Notes: a model not told the origin generated them from the sequence alone. A stretch of 58,489 nucleotides of DNA from Candidatus Cloacimonadota bacterium (GCA_030595905.1 JAUVLE010000001.1:1-58489); one strand, 5' to 3'. Positions 8,935 to 18,508 are shown, counted from the stretch's first letter. Numbers and translations are program-made.

Positions 8935-11220
8935 TTAAATACTAACTTTTATTTTTTTCGACATTATTTTCATTCCATTATAAAATATAATGAAAATAGC
9001 AATTATGAAAGCTATCCACATCGCTGAAGCAGAAGGTTGGATTGCAAATACGCTGACCTGGTAAAATAATGTTGAAATTAGCCAGGCGAGAAAAGTGAGA
9101 TAAAGGCTGGAAAAAATTGTCCACTTAAGATTTGTTTCGCGATAAATAACAGCAATTGCTGCAACACAGGGAACATAAATCAGAATGAACAGCAGGTAAG
9201 CAAAGGCGTTGTTTTTCCCTCCAAAGCGTGAACTCATTTCCGAGAAAGTTTGAGCATCGACTTCAAGTTCTTCTTCTACGATTTCCATATCGGAAGTTTC
9301 CACAGATAACCCCATCGGGTCAGCCGCAGTTTCTTCAAATCCTTTAAATCCTTCCGGAATTGCCTGGAACGCTTCGACTATTCCTCCCCAGAAATCAAAT
9401 TCTTCTTCTGCTTCCCTGGTTTCATCTAATTGTGAATATAATGCATCCAAAGTTCCCACAACTGCTTCTTTGGCGAAAATACCTGTAAAAAGACCAACTG
9501 TTGCCGGCCAATTATTGCTTGAAATTCCCATTGGTTTGAAGATCGGAGTAATACTTTTCCCGATACTGCTGAGTATTGAATGTTCCGAATCTTCATTTCC
9601 GAAGCTGCCATCCGTTCCAATAGAATTCAGGAAACTGAGAACGATAACCACGATGATGATCACTTTCCCAGCTCTTAGAAGGAATGTTTTCAATCTCTGC
9701 CAGGTGTGAAGCATAATTCCATTAATTGTAGGAATATGATAAGGAGGAAGCTCCATCACAAAAGTCGAGGTTTCTCCTTTGAGAATAGTTTTCTTAAATA
9801 TCAAGCCGGAAATAATAGCGAGAATAATTCCTATCGAATAGATGGTGAAAACTACAAGTCCGCCATTTCTCGGAAAAAAAACGCTGGCAAAAAGAATATA
9901 AACAGGCAGCCTTGCTCCGCAGGACATAAATGGATTTATAAGGATCGTCAGGATCCTGTCACGGTTATTTTCCAGCGTTCTGGTTGCCATAATTGCCGGC
10001 ACATTACAACCGAATCCAACCAGCATCGGAATAAATGCCTTTCCGGGAAGTCCGATAAAACGCATAAATCTATCCATCACAAAAGCAGCTCTGCTCATAT
10101 AACCGGAGTCTTCTAAAATGGAAAGAGAAAGGAACATAAAAAAAATGGGAGGAATGAAAGTGGCAACAGTTTGAATACCGCCACCGATACCTGCAGAGAA
10201 AAGAGTCACAAACCAGTTTGGTAAATTAAGCGAACTCAGAAGATTTCCCAGACCATCGACGAAGATGGTTCCCATAAAGATATCGAAAAAGTCTATGAAT
10301 GGTGCTCCCACATTGATTGTGAGCATAAACATCAGATACATAACACCAAAGAAAATCGGAATTCCAAGAAAGCGACTCAAAACAACTTTATCGATATTAT
10401 CGGACACTGTTTTTCTGATCTGGTCATGACGATGAACAACATCGCGGGATAATCCGTGAATGAAGCCATAACGTCCGTCTGCAACAATTATATCGATCTC
10501 ATCACCAACGTGTTTTTCAATTTTTGCACTTTCTAAGGAAATCAAATCTTCTAATTCATTGTTTGTTATCTGAATGGCAAGTTCGTCTGATTCCAGAAGT
10601 TTTATCGCAAGCCAACGAGGATCGACATTACTCTTTTCAGCAAAAGGAGTGACTTTTTCCACAATTCTTATTAATGCTTCTTCAATAACAGAATCGTATA
10701 AAACCCGGGTTTTAGATATCTCATGTTTCTCTGCAGCCATATTTATAGTGTCTTTAAGTTCTTCCAGACCTTGCTTTCTGCTTGCCACCATTGGAATTAC
10801 AGGACATCCGAGATGGGTTTCAAGATGCTCGACTTCTATGTGTATTTTTCGTTGTTTGGCAATATCCATCATATTCAAAGCGACCACAACCGGGATTTTC
10901 ATTTCCAGAAGCTGGGTAGTGAGGTAGAGGTTTCTTTCCAAGTTTGTTCCATCTACAATATTTACGACCAGGTCTGGTCTGTCCATTAAAATGTATTCAC
11001 GAGCAATCTTTTCATCTAAAGAATAGGCAGAAAAAGAGTAGATTCCCGGAAGATCGATGACTTCAATTTTATGGTCTTTATGCTTATATTCTCCCTCGAT
11101 TCGTTCTACAGTTACACCGGGCCAGTTTCCCACTCTTTGGGTTGAACCGGTAAGAGCATTAAAAAGCGTTGTTTTTCCGCAGTTTGGATTACCTGCTAAA
11201 GCAATAGTAATTTTTTTCAT
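8935..11220 (-). CDS. feoB: ferrous iron transporter FeoB
   Basis: 761 aa. N-terminal GTPase domain (GNPNCGKTTLFNALTG, DLPG) followed by the polytopic permease domain. Confidence 0.95.
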   Translation of the reverse strand: MKKITIALAGNPNCGKTTLFNALTGSTQRVGNWPGVTVERIEGEYKHKDHKIEVIDLPGIYSFSAYSLDEKIAREYILMDRPDLVVNIVDGTNLERNLYLTTQLLEMKIPVVVALNMMDIAKQRKIHIEVEHLETHLGCPVIPMVASRKQGLEELKDTINMAAEKHEISKTRVLYDSVIEEALIRIVEKVTPFAEKSNVDPRWLAIKLLESDELAIQITNNELEDLISLESAKIEKHVGDEIDIIVADGRYGFIHGLSRDVVHRHDQIRKTVSDNIDKVVLSRFLGIPIFFGVMYLMFMLTINVGAPFIDFFDIFMGTIFVDGLGNLLSSLNLPNWFVTLFSAGIGGGIQTVATFIPPIFFMFLSLSILEDSGYMSRAAFVMDRFMRFIGLPGKAFIPMLVGFGCNVPAIMATRTLENNRDRILTILINPFMSCGARLPVYILFASVFFPRNGGLVVFTIYSIGIILAIISGLIFKKTILKGETSTFVMELPPYHIPTINGIMLHTWQRLKTFLLRAGKVIIIVVIVLSFLNSIGTDGSFGNEDSEHSILSSIGKSITPIFKPMGISSNNWPATVGLFTGIFAKEAVVGTLDALYSQLDETREAEEEFDFWGGIVEAFQAIPEGFKGFEETAADPMGLSVETSDMEIVEEELEVDAQTFSEMSSRFGGKNNAFAYLLFILIYVPCVAAIAVIYRETNLKWTIFSSLYLTFLAWLISTLFYQVSVFAIQPSASAMWIAFIIAIFIIFYNGMKIMSKKIKVSI

Positions 11221-11447
11221 TAAATCACCTCCACTTCCAGAGCATCGGCTTCTGCTTTTCGCAAGGTCAGATTAAATCCTTTCAGCTTAATTTCGATTGG
11301 ATCGCCAAGTGGTGCTTTCCTGGTGATTGTAAATTCGGTTCCCCTGATCAAGCCCATTCTCAGAAGCTTTTCCCTGTAATGCCGGTCCTTTGCAGTATAA
11401 CCGGCTACCTTAACATTTGAACCGACTTCAATATCTTTTAATTTCAT
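11220..11447 (-). CDS. feoA: ferrous iron transport protein FeoA
   Basis: 75 aa with an SH3-like FeoA pattern (...LRMGLIRGTEFTITRKAPLGDPIEIKL...). The stop overlaps the feoB start. Confidence 0.9.
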   Translation of the reverse strand: MKLKDIEVGSNVKVAGYTAKDRHYREKLLRMGLIRGTEFTITRKAPLGDPIEIKLKGFNLTLRKAEADALEVEVI

Positions 11448-11468
11448 AACAACTCCTTTAATTTTATT

Positions 11469-11582
11469 TACCTTCCGAAGCTTTCTTTCACTTTTTCTTA
11501 TATTAAGATTCGGAAGGTTACAATGAGCTAAAACTTTCCGAATCTTAAATGTAAGTATTCCTTTGTGGGAAGCTTCGGAAAG
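11469..11582 (-). promoter_or_regulatory. feoA leader with four mutually complementary TTCCGAA/TTCGGAA segments
   Basis: Segments lie at 11469-11483, 11507-11520, 11534-11544 and 11567-11582. Possible pairings are 11470-79/11509-18 (10 bp), 11536-44/11507-15 (9 bp), 11534-42/11574-82 (9 bp) and 11473-83/11570-80 (11 bp). Confidence 0.55.
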
Positions 11583-11605
11583 TATACGATTTCTCTTAAC
11601 TTCAT
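11528..11605 (-). CDS. possible 25-aa leader peptide in the feoA 5' region
   Basis: AAGGAG-N6-ATG, translating MKLREIVYFPKLPTKEYLHLRFGKF*. It covers two of the four pairing segments. There is no conservation evidence. Confidence 0.25.
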   Translation of the reverse strand: MKLREIVYFPKLPTKEYLHLRFGKF

Positions 11606-11625
11606 AGTTTACTCCTTTGTTGATT

Positions 11626-11644
11626 GAATTTGATAATCATTCTC
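11626..11644. promoter_or_regulatory. Fur box upstream of feoAB
   Basis: GAATTTGATAATCATTCTC matches 15 of 19 positions of the GATAATGATAATCATTATC consensus. On the minus strand it overlaps a TTGAAT-N16-TATCAA promoter-like pair. Confidence 0.7.
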
Positions 11645-11671
11645 AATCCATATTCAATTTTTTTTGCTCTA

Positions 11672-12100
11672 TTATTTTTTACAATTATTGCAAATTCCCT
11701 TTGCGCCAATGTTAAATTCTCTTATTTTAAAATCGTGTTTCTTTGCTAATTTATTTAGAATGCTTTCTGCTTCTTTGCTTTCAATTTCGATTATTTTTCC
11801 ACATTTTTCACAGATAAGATGAAGATGCCTACTATGTCCGTATGTATGTTCATAATGATCTTTTGCCAGGCATCGCAGTGATTGCTTTATCAGACCGGAT
11901 TCAATAAGAAGTGGTATTGTTCGATAAATAGTAGCCCTGGAAACGTCTTTGTGTTTTTTTCGGATCTTGTCGTAAAGTCCATCAACGTTGAAATGTTCAT
12001 GAGTTGCAAACACAGTGTTCAGGATGATCTTCCGTGGTTTGGTCAGCTTTAAACCTTTGGAGATCAGGTATTTGTCAAACACAAAATTTTCGTTTCCCAT
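11672..12100 (-). CDS. fur: Fur-family metal-responsive transcriptional repressor
   Basis: 142 aa. Winged-helix N-terminus (TKPRKIILNTV...VSRATIYRTI), HxH and CxxC...CxxC metal sites (HLICEKCGK...CNNC). Confidence 0.85.
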   Translation of the reverse strand: MGNENFVFDKYLISKGLKLTKPRKIILNTVFATHEHFNVDGLYDKIRKKHKDVSRATIYRTIPLLIESGLIKQSLRCLAKDHYEHTYGHSRHLHLICEKCGKIIEIESKEAESILNKLAKKHDFKIREFNIGAKGICNNCKK

Positions 12101-12164
12101 ATCACCTCTAATTTTTTATAAAACAAAAGAAAAATAATCGCAAATATCTGTCAAGTTAAAAAAT

Positions 12165-12183
12165 GAGAATGAGAATTAATCTC
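12165..12183. promoter_or_regulatory. Fur box upstream of fur (autoregulation)
   Basis: GAGAATGAGAATTAATCTC matches 14 of 19 positions of the Fur-box consensus. It lies about 65 nt upstream of the fur start. Confidence 0.55.
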
Positions 12184-12281
12184 AATACCAACAAGTTTGA
12201 ACAAGTAAAAAAAGGCAAATAGATATATTTATCTTTCAAAAAGTGCATTCTTACCTGAGATTTCCGAAACATTAACAAAAG

Positions 12282-12290
12282 TTAGCACTC
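12282..12290 (+). promoter_or_regulatory. orphan perfect CIRCE half-site
   Basis: TTAGCACTC, an exact left arm, with no matching right arm 9 nt downstream. It lies just upstream of the -35 element. Confidence 0.5.
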
Positions 12291-12301
12291 TGAGATTTAG
12301 T

Positions 12302-12329
12302 TTGACAGGTTTCCAAAAACAATTAAATT
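12302..12329 (+). promoter_or_regulatory. sigma-70-like promoter of the hrcA operon
   Basis: TTGACA (12302-12307), a 16-nt spacer, then TAAATT (12324-12329). The CIRCE element begins 10 nt downstream. Confidence 0.55.
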
Positions 12330-12338
12330 GTCTCTGTA

Positions 12339-12365
12339 TTAGCAGTCGGTATTTTTGAGTGCTAA
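12339..12365 (+). promoter_or_regulatory. CIRCE operator (HrcA binding site)
   Basis: TTAGCAGTC-ggtattttt-GAGTGCTAA has one mismatch to TTAGCACTC-N9-GAGTGCTAA. It overlaps the first codons of the track ORF, which supports the later hrcA start. Confidence 0.85.
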
Positions 12366-12382
12366 AGAAAAGGCGGTCGTTA

Positions 12383-13435
12383 ATGAAAAAAAATGAGATA
12401 CGGCAGGAAAAGGTTTTAGGGTATCTGGTGGAAGAATATATCCATTCGAAGGAACCTGTTTCTTCAAAATTGATATGTGAAAAATACATTAAGGATGCAA
12501 GTCCTGCAACTATCAGGATCGATCTGAATAAAATGGAAAAGAACGGGTTGATCTACCAACCTCACACTTCGGCAGGCAGGATTCCCAGCATTAAGGGTTA
12601 TAGGAAATACATTGAAATGATCTCGCCTACGATCGAAAAGACAGTTTATGAAAAATCAGAAATCCTTAGAGAAATACTGGTAAAGCATTATAAAGATACT
12701 CCTCTTTCTCTTCATTATATTATGCAGCTTTTAGCACGGGAAACAGACCAGTTGAGTTTTGTAGCCGAACCGGAAGTTTCCAACGGATATCTGGAAAAAC
12801 TTGATGTTTTCAAAATATCACAGGACAAACTTCTTTTTGTTGTAAGCTTGGATTCCGGACTGGATAAAACAGTGATCCTGAAATGCGATCATAATATAAC
12901 CGAGCAGCAGTTGAAGGCTATTGTGCGATATGCAAATGATGAATTCGTGGGTCATCGCATCTATGATATTCAGAATAGATACCTGGAAGAAACTTCTGAT
13001 AAAATATCAGAAGAAAATAGACTTCTCAAACTTTTTCTGGAAGAACTTCAAAATGCATTTACCGAGATAAGCAATTACTTTATTCATTTCGATGGAAATA
13101 TCAGTTTCCTCGAGCAGCCGGAGTTCAACGATAAAAGTTCGATCCTTACCTTTCTGGGATTTATTCAAAGGCAGGATCATCTGATCAATCTGATGCAGAA
13201 ACACGAAAGAGAGAAATCATGGACAATATTGATGGGAGAAGACCTCGGACAACTTGAACTAATGAATTATGCACTGATCTTTTCCAGATATGAGATATTC
13301 GGTATTCCCGGATACCTTGGAGTTCTGGGACCCATCAGGATGAATTATAGAAAGAATATTCCGATCATTAAGAACATTGCCGCAATCATTACAGATACAA
13401 CCAGGAAAGGGATGGTGGTACCAAAAAATGACTGA
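12383..13435 (+). CDS. hrcA: heat-inducible transcription repressor HrcA
   Basis: MKKNEIRQEKVLGYLVEEYIHSKEPVSSKLI... is a typical HrcA N-terminal wHTH. The length and the position before grpE-dnaK-dnaJ also fit. The start was moved to 12383, downstream of CIRCE. Confidence 0.9.
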   Translation: MKKNEIRQEKVLGYLVEEYIHSKEPVSSKLICEKYIKDASPATIRIDLNKMEKNGLIYQPHTSAGRIPSIKGYRKYIEMISPTIEKTVYEKSEILREILVKHYKDTPLSLHYIMQLLARETDQLSFVAEPEVSNGYLEKLDVFKISQDKLLFVVSLDSGLDKTVILKCDHNITEQQLKAIVRYANDEFVGHRIYDIQNRYLEETSDKISEENRLLKLFLEELQNAFTEISNYFIHFDGNISFLEQPEFNDKSSILTFLGFIQRQDHLINLMQKHEREKSWTILMGEDLGQLELMNYALIFSRYEIFGIPGYLGVLGPIRMNYRKNIPIIKNIAAIITDTTRKGMVVPKND

Positions 13436-13462
13436 TACAAAAAAAATAAAAAAGATAAAAAT

Positions 13463-13999
13463 ATGACCGAAGAAAAAAAGAGTGTGAAAAAGAAAAAACT
13501 TACCTTGAATGAAAAATACGAACAACTGCAAAAAGAATATGATGAATTGAAAGATAAAAGAATTCGTGTAATTGCGGAATTTGAAAATTTCAGAAAACGT
13601 TCATTCATAGAAAAAGTTAATTGGATCAAAAATGCCAATGAAAGGATTGTTCTGGATGTCTGTGATGTTCTGGATAATTTTGAACGTGCTCTTCATCCGG
13701 AAGTAGAAAAAAATCGAGAAACCTTTGAAAAAGGTGTTGAACTTATCTTTCAGCAGATAGAAAGTCTTCTTAAAAAAGAAGGCGTGCAAAAGATCGAAGC
13801 TTTGGAAAAGGAATTTAATCCTAATTTCCACGAAGCTCTGGCGCATATACCTTCTGAACTGGAAGAAAACAAAATAACTGCTGTTATCCAGAATGGTTAT
13901 ACGATGAATGAAAAAGTCATCAGACCTGCAAGGGTTGCAGTTTCAAATGGTGAAAAACCGGAGGAAATCAGCAACGAACAAAACGAACAAGAAAAGTAA
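13463..13999 (+). CDS. grpE: nucleotide exchange factor GrpE
   Basis: 178 aa. Coiled-coil N-terminus, then RV.AEFENFRKR...L.V.D.FERA and ...GYTMNEKVIRPARVAVS, the GrpE signature regions. Confidence 0.95.
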   Translation: MTEEKKSVKKKKLTLNEKYEQLQKEYDELKDKRIRVIAEFENFRKRSFIEKVNWIKNANERIVLDVCDVLDNFERALHPEVEKNRETFEKGVELIFQQIESLLKKEGVQKIEALEKEFNPNFHEALAHIPSELEENKITAVIQNGYTMNEKVIRPARVAVSNGEKPEEISNEQNEQEK

Positions 14000-14044
14000 C
14001 TTAAACATCTTGTTTTGAGAAATGGTATAATTTAGGAGAAAATT

Positions 14045-15103
14045 ATGAATGTAGAAAAGTTAAATTCATTAGCACTTAGTTTGGTTGAAGAGAATAATAA
14101 TCTTCATTACGTTAAACTTTTTAGTGATGTAACTAAAACACTTCAAAACATTGTTAATCAACCAAATCAACCCCAACACCAAACAAACCTTGCAACACAA
14201 TTAAAATCTCTACAAAAAGCACTTTCAAATTCTTTAGTAAATGATTTTAGTCCTGCTTGGTATCAAGTTTTAGTTGAACTTGAAATTGATGATATAATGG
14301 GTAATAAATTATCAAAGAAAATTAATGAAATTATACAGAAAAATCAAATTACTCCGGCACAAGCACATCAGGATCTGGTAAAAATATATCAAAAATTAAA
14401 CACGAAAATAACTGGATTTACAAATATAATTAATGGATTAAAAATTCTTGATTTTGGATTTGATGAACTTAAGGACAATGAATGTGAAATTGGAATCTTA
14501 ATTCCAAGAAAATATATTGAAAATGATTTGGGTAAATTTGGAAATGAGATTAAGGAATTAAACTTCATACTAAACAATTATTCTGAACTTATAATAGGCA
14601 AGAAAGAATCATTTCAGATTAGAAATTTATCAACAAGTGAACCTCTCATCACAGTTGCAACAATAACTGCGATTGCAGCAGGAATAGCAAAAACCATTGG
14701 ATGGCTGATAGACAATTACAAAAAACTATTAGAAATCAAACAGTTAAAGCAAAAGTTAAAAGAACAGGGACTGTCTAATGAAGAGTTAAAAGGAATAGAT
14801 AAACATAGCAATGATTTTATGGAAAAAGCGATTGATGATATTGTAAACAAAATGGCAAAAGAATATAGTGGAAATGGAGACAATGCAAGAAAAAATGAAT
14901 TGCTTAATGGAATTAGAATCTCATTAAATAAAATTGCAAATAGGATTGATAAAGGATTTAATTTCGAAGTTCGAATCCAAACAGACATAGACAAATCAAA
15001 AGCGGAAGATAAAGAAATAATTGATATAATTGAAGCTTCAAACTCACTTCAATTTATTAAATCGACTGGGGACTCAATTTTGAGTTTATCTGAAAAAAAA
15101 TAA
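14045..15103 (+). CDS. hypothetical protein inserted between grpE and dnaK
   Basis: 352 aa with its own RBS (taGGAGaaaattATG). Predicted mostly helical and rich in K, N, E and I, with one hydrophobic helix (PLITVATITAIAAGIAKTIGWLI). No motif I recognise. The DNA is visibly AT-richer than grpE and dnaK. Confidence 0.7.
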   Translation: MNVEKLNSLALSLVEENNNLHYVKLFSDVTKTLQNIVNQPNQPQHQTNLATQLKSLQKALSNSLVNDFSPAWYQVLVELEIDDIMGNKLSKKINEIIQKNQITPAQAHQDLVKIYQKLNTKITGFTNIINGLKILDFGFDELKDNECEIGILIPRKYIENDLGKFGNEIKELNFILNNYSELIIGKKESFQIRNLSTSEPLITVATITAIAAGIAKTIGWLIDNYKKLLEIKQLKQKLKEQGLSNEELKGIDKHSNDFMEKAIDDIVNKMAKEYSGNGDNARKNELLNGIRISLNKIANRIDKGFNFEVRIQTDIDKSKAEDKEIIDIIEASNSLQFIKSTGDSILSLSEKK

Positions 15104-15127
15104 AAATAAAATATCTCGGAGGTAAAA

Positions 15128-17107
15128 ATGGGAAAAATAATAGGAATTGATCTGGGAACTACAAATTCCTGTGTAGCAGTTATGGAAGGCGGGAAACCGG
15201 TAGTTATCCAAAATGCGGAAGGCAATCGAACAACTCCATCCGTAGTTGCATTTACGAAAGATAAGCAGAGATTGGTCGGACAGCTTGCCAAACGACAGGC
15301 TGTAACAAATCCGAAAAACACTATATCTTCTATCAAAAGGTTCATGGGACGTCAACTCAACGAAGTGGGTTCTGAAATTAAAAATGTAAACTATCAGATA
15401 AAAGGTGGAAAATCCGGTGAAGCAACTGTTCATGTTGATATCGAGAACAAAGACTTCTCACCACAGGAAATATCCGCAATGGTTCTAACCAAAATGAAAG
15501 AGACTGCAGAAGCTCATCTTGGTCAGAAAATTACAGAAGCAGTTATCACGATCCCAGCATATTTTAATGATGCTCAAAGACAGGCGACAAAAGATGCCGG
15601 GAAAATCGCAGGATTAGATGTGAAAAGGATAATCAACGAACCAACTGCTGCAGCTCTGGCTTATGGTCTGGAAAGCAAAAAAGAAGAGAAAGTGGCAGTT
15701 TATGACCTCGGTGGTGGAACTTTCGATATCTCTATCCTGGAAGTTGCAGAAGGTGTAGTGGAAGTTCTCTCCACAAACGGTGACACACATCTCGGAGGAG
15801 ATGACTTCGATAAAAAAGTAATGGATTGGATACTGGAAGAATTTAAAAAACAGGAAGGTGTTGATATATCTAATGATGCAATGGCAATGCAAAGAATAAA
15901 AGAAGCTGCAGAAAAAGCAAAGGTGGAACTTTCCGGCACTCAAACCACAAACATCAATCTTCCCTTCATCACTGCCGATGCTTCCGGTCCGAAACACTTG
16001 AACCTCGATCTCACACGTTCTTTATTCAACAGAATGACAAGCGATCTGGTAGATCGTTCGATCGAGCCATGTAAACTTGCTCTGAAAGATGCAAAACTCA
16101 GTCCCAAAGACATCGATGAAATTCTACTGGTTGGCGGAAGTACAAGAATTCCGGCAGTTGTGGAAGCTGTAGAAAAATTCTTTGGCAAAAAACCGAACAA
16201 GGGTGTAAATCCCGATGAAGTGGTTGCTGTTGGTGCTGCAATTCAGGGTGGTATCCTTGCCGGAGATGAAAATCTTAATGATATTCTTCTTCTCGATGTA
16301 ACTCCTCTATCTCTGGGAATCGAAACTCTGGGTGCAGTGATGACAACTCTGATAGAGCGAAATACGACCATTCCAACCAAAAAGAGCCAGGTCTTCTCTA
16401 CAGCAGCCGATAATCAACCTGCTGTATCTATCGTTGTACTTCAGGGTGAACGTTCGATGGCAGCAGATAATCGACGGCTTGGGAACTTTGAACTTACCGG
16501 TATCCCGGCTGCTCCACGTGGTATTCCACAAATAGAAGTTACCTTCGATATCGACGCAAATGGAATCCTGCATGTTCATGCACAGGATAAAGGAACCGGA
16601 AAAGAACAATCAATAAAAATTGAAAGAACCGGAACTCTGGATGAAGCGGAAATCGACAGAATGGTAAAAGATGCAGAAGCGCATGCAGAAGAAGATAAAA
16701 AGCAAAAAGAAGGCATACAAGCCCGCAACGAACTGGATACTTTGATATTTTCTACAGAAAAAAGCCTGGAAGAACATGGCGATAAACTTTCCGATGACGA
16801 AAAGAAAACAGTTGAAGAAGCCATTAAAGATGCAAAAGCAAAAATGGAAGAGTTGAATAAAAAATCCAGTTCTAAAGAAGAATATGAAGCTGTGCGTGAT
16901 GAACTTGCCAAGAAGGCTCAAAAAATAGGTGAGATCATCTATGCGGAAATGCAGAAACAACAGGCAGCTCAAGGCGGAGCAGCAGGACCAGACATGAAAG
17001 ATGCAGATTTTGATCCCGGTAAAATGGGCGGACAACAAAAGCAGGAAGAGCCAAAAAAAGAGGGTCCGGTCGATGCGGATTTCGAAGTGGTGGATGAGGA
17101 TAAATAA
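15128..17107 (+). CDS. dnaK: molecular chaperone DnaK (Hsp70)
   Basis: 659 aa with [17 protein letters not shown] and other Hsp70 signatures. GGAGG RBS. Confidence 0.98.
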   Translation: MGKIIGIDLGTTNSCVAVMEGGKPVVIQNAEGNRTTPSVVAFTKDKQRLVGQLAKRQAVTNPKNTISSIKRFMGRQLNEVGSEIKNVNYQIKGGKSGEATVHVDIENKDFSPQEISAMVLTKMKETAEAHLGQKITEAVITIPAYFNDAQRQATKDAGKIAGLDVKRIINEPTAAALAYGLESKKEEKVAVYDLGGGTFDISILEVAEGVVEVLSTNGDTHLGGDDFDKKVMDWILEEFKKQEGVDISNDAMAMQRIKEAAEKAKVELSGTQTTNINLPFITADASGPKHLNLDLTRSLFNRMTSDLVDRSIEPCKLALKDAKLSPKDIDEILLVGGSTRIPAVVEAVEKFFGKKPNKGVNPDEVVAVGAAIQGGILAGDENLNDILLLDVTPLSLGIETLGAVMTTLIERNTTIPTKKSQVFSTAADNQPAVSIVVLQGERSMAADNRRLGNFELTGIPAAPRGIPQIEVTFDIDANGILHVHAQDKGTGKEQSIKIERTGTLDEAEIDRMVKDAEAHAEEDKKQKEGIQARNELDTLIFSTEKSLEEHGDKLSDDEKKTVEEAIKDAKAKMEELNKKSSSKEEYEAVRDELAKKAQKIGEIIYAEMQKQQAAQGGAAGPDMKDADFDPGKMGGQQKQEEPKKEGPVDADFEVVDEDK

Positions 17108-17111
17108 AAAG

Positions 17112-17141
17112 CATTCCAAATGGTCGACGACCTTTGGAATG
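17112..17141 (+). other. strong hairpin immediately after the dnaK stop
   Basis: cattccaaatggtcg-a-cgacctttggaatg gives about 14 bp with one bulge. No U-run follows. The 3' arm belongs to the RACCTT...AAYGGTT word family. Confidence 0.6.
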
Positions 17142-17280
17142 GTTGGAATAGTAAATTAGTTAAATTGGTTAATTGGGAAAATAAATACATTGAAAAGGGT
17201 TGATCAGAGGAATTTTTCCAAAATCTTCGAAGGAGATTATTAACCTTCGCAATGGTTGTTATGAAATATACGGTTTAGGT

Positions 17281-17314
17281 TTCGAGTCGTTATCTTTCGT
17301 CCTTTCGACTCGAA
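17281..17314 (+). other. hairpin just upstream of the dnaJ RBS
   Basis: ttcgagtcg-N16-cgactcgaa, a 9-bp stem. Confidence 0.55.
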
Positions 17315-17332
17315 TATATTTAAGGGAAAACA

Positions 17333-18490
17333 ATGGCAAAAAGAGATTATTACGAGGTTCTGGGAGTTCAGAAAAACGCTACTGATTCTGAGATAAAAAA
17401 GTCTTATCGCAAACTGGCGATGAAGTTTCATCCTGATAAAAACAAAGACAACAAAGCAGCAGAAGAAAAGTTCAAAGAAGCTTCGGAAGCTTATGAAGTT
17501 CTGAGCGATTCAGATAAACGAAGGAAGTATGATCAATTTGGTCATGCCGGGTTGGAAGGTGCTTTTGGCGGTCATGGGTTTACCTGGGATAATTTCACAC
17601 ATGCCAGTGACTTCTCTGATATTTTTGGTAGTGGTGGACTGGGAAGCATATTCGAAAATCTTTTCGGTGGAAGTTTCGGAGGTTTTGGCAGAAGCTCTAG
17701 ACCCAGCAATCGTGGGGAAGACTTGCAGATTTCACTATCACTTTCGCTGGAAGAGATTGCAAAAGGCATCGATAAAAAGATAAAGATAAATGTGAAAGAT
17801 GCCTGCGATAAATGTAACGGTTCCGGCTCGGCAGATGGACAGGTTCAAACCTGCAGCCAGTGTCACGGTTCGGGACAGGTAAGGCAGTTAACCCGTTCTC
17901 TTTTTGGTCAGATGCAGACTATTGTAACCTGTCCTTCCTGTAATGGACAAGGAAAGATAATTAAGAACAGGTGCCCAAAATGCGGTGGTGAGGGCAGGAT
18001 GTCAAAAACTAAAACGATCAGCATCAATATACCTGCCGGTGTCTCCGAAGGACAGTATATCCGTCTTCGAGGACAGGGAAACATCGGTAAACGCAACGGC
18101 TCTAATGGTGACATTCTTGTTCTTATCCACGAGAAGGAACACGATATCTTTGAAAGACAGGATGCAGACCTTATCTGTGAATTTCCGATCAGTTTTTCTC
18201 AAGCTGCTCTCGGCTCTGAAATACTTTGTCCAACGCTTTCCGGAAAAGTTAAAATAAAAATTCCTGCCGGTACTCAATCGGGAAAAGTTTTCCGATTACG
18301 TTCGCAAGGTTTACCGCATGTGAATAGCGTTTATCACGGAGATCTGTATGTAAAAATATTGATAATAACTCCCACGAGATTAAATTCCCAAGAAAAAGAA
18401 TTATTCAAGGAATTAGGTAAATTCGATTCAGAGAAAAAACTGAAGCCGGGGAAAGGATTTTTCAGTAAATTTAAAGAGTTTTTTGTATAG
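17333..18490 (+). CDS. dnaJ: molecular chaperone DnaJ
   Basis: 385 aa. J domain (DYYEVLGV...HPDKN), G/F-rich linker, and four CxxCxGxG zinc-finger repeats. Confidence 0.97.
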   Translation: MAKRDYYEVLGVQKNATDSEIKKSYRKLAMKFHPDKNKDNKAAEEKFKEASEAYEVLSDSDKRRKYDQFGHAGLEGAFGGHGFTWDNFTHASDFSDIFGSGGLGSIFENLFGGSFGGFGRSSRPSNRGEDLQISLSLSLEEIAKGIDKKIKINVKDACDKCNGSGSADGQVQTCSQCHGSGQVRQLTRSLFGQMQTIVTCPSCNGQGKIIKNRCPKCGGEGRMSKTKTISINIPAGVSEGQYIRLRGQGNIGKRNGSNGDILVLIHEKEHDIFERQDADLICEFPISFSQAALGSEILCPTLSGKVKIKIPAGTQSGKVFRLRSQGLPHVNSVYHGDLYVKILIITPTRLNSQEKELFKELGKFDSEKKLKPGKGFFSKFKEFFV

Positions 18491-18508
18491 AATAAATCTT
18501 TGAAGAAA

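Noticed and set aside
12229-12489. An 86-aa minus-strand ORF across the hrcA promoter, and the long forms of several track ORFs (7385, 8034, 12359, 41520, 50513, 53676).
   Set aside because: The minus ORF covers the CIRCE element, the promoter and the hrcA 5' end. The long forms begin in repeat or operator DNA and lack an RBS. Internal ATGs with a Shine-Dalgarno and/or a signal peptide give the expected protein N-termini.
15614-17190. A stack of minus-strand ORFs (127, 79, 86, 100, 111, 169 and 73 aa) inside dnaK.
   Set aside because: They lie entirely antisense to an unmistakable Hsp70 gene. They have low-complexity S/F/C-rich translations and no RBS, so they are shadow ORFs. The same reasoning applies to the antisense ORFs inside feoB, the MMPL gene, hdrA, sucCD, uvrB, rarA and others.
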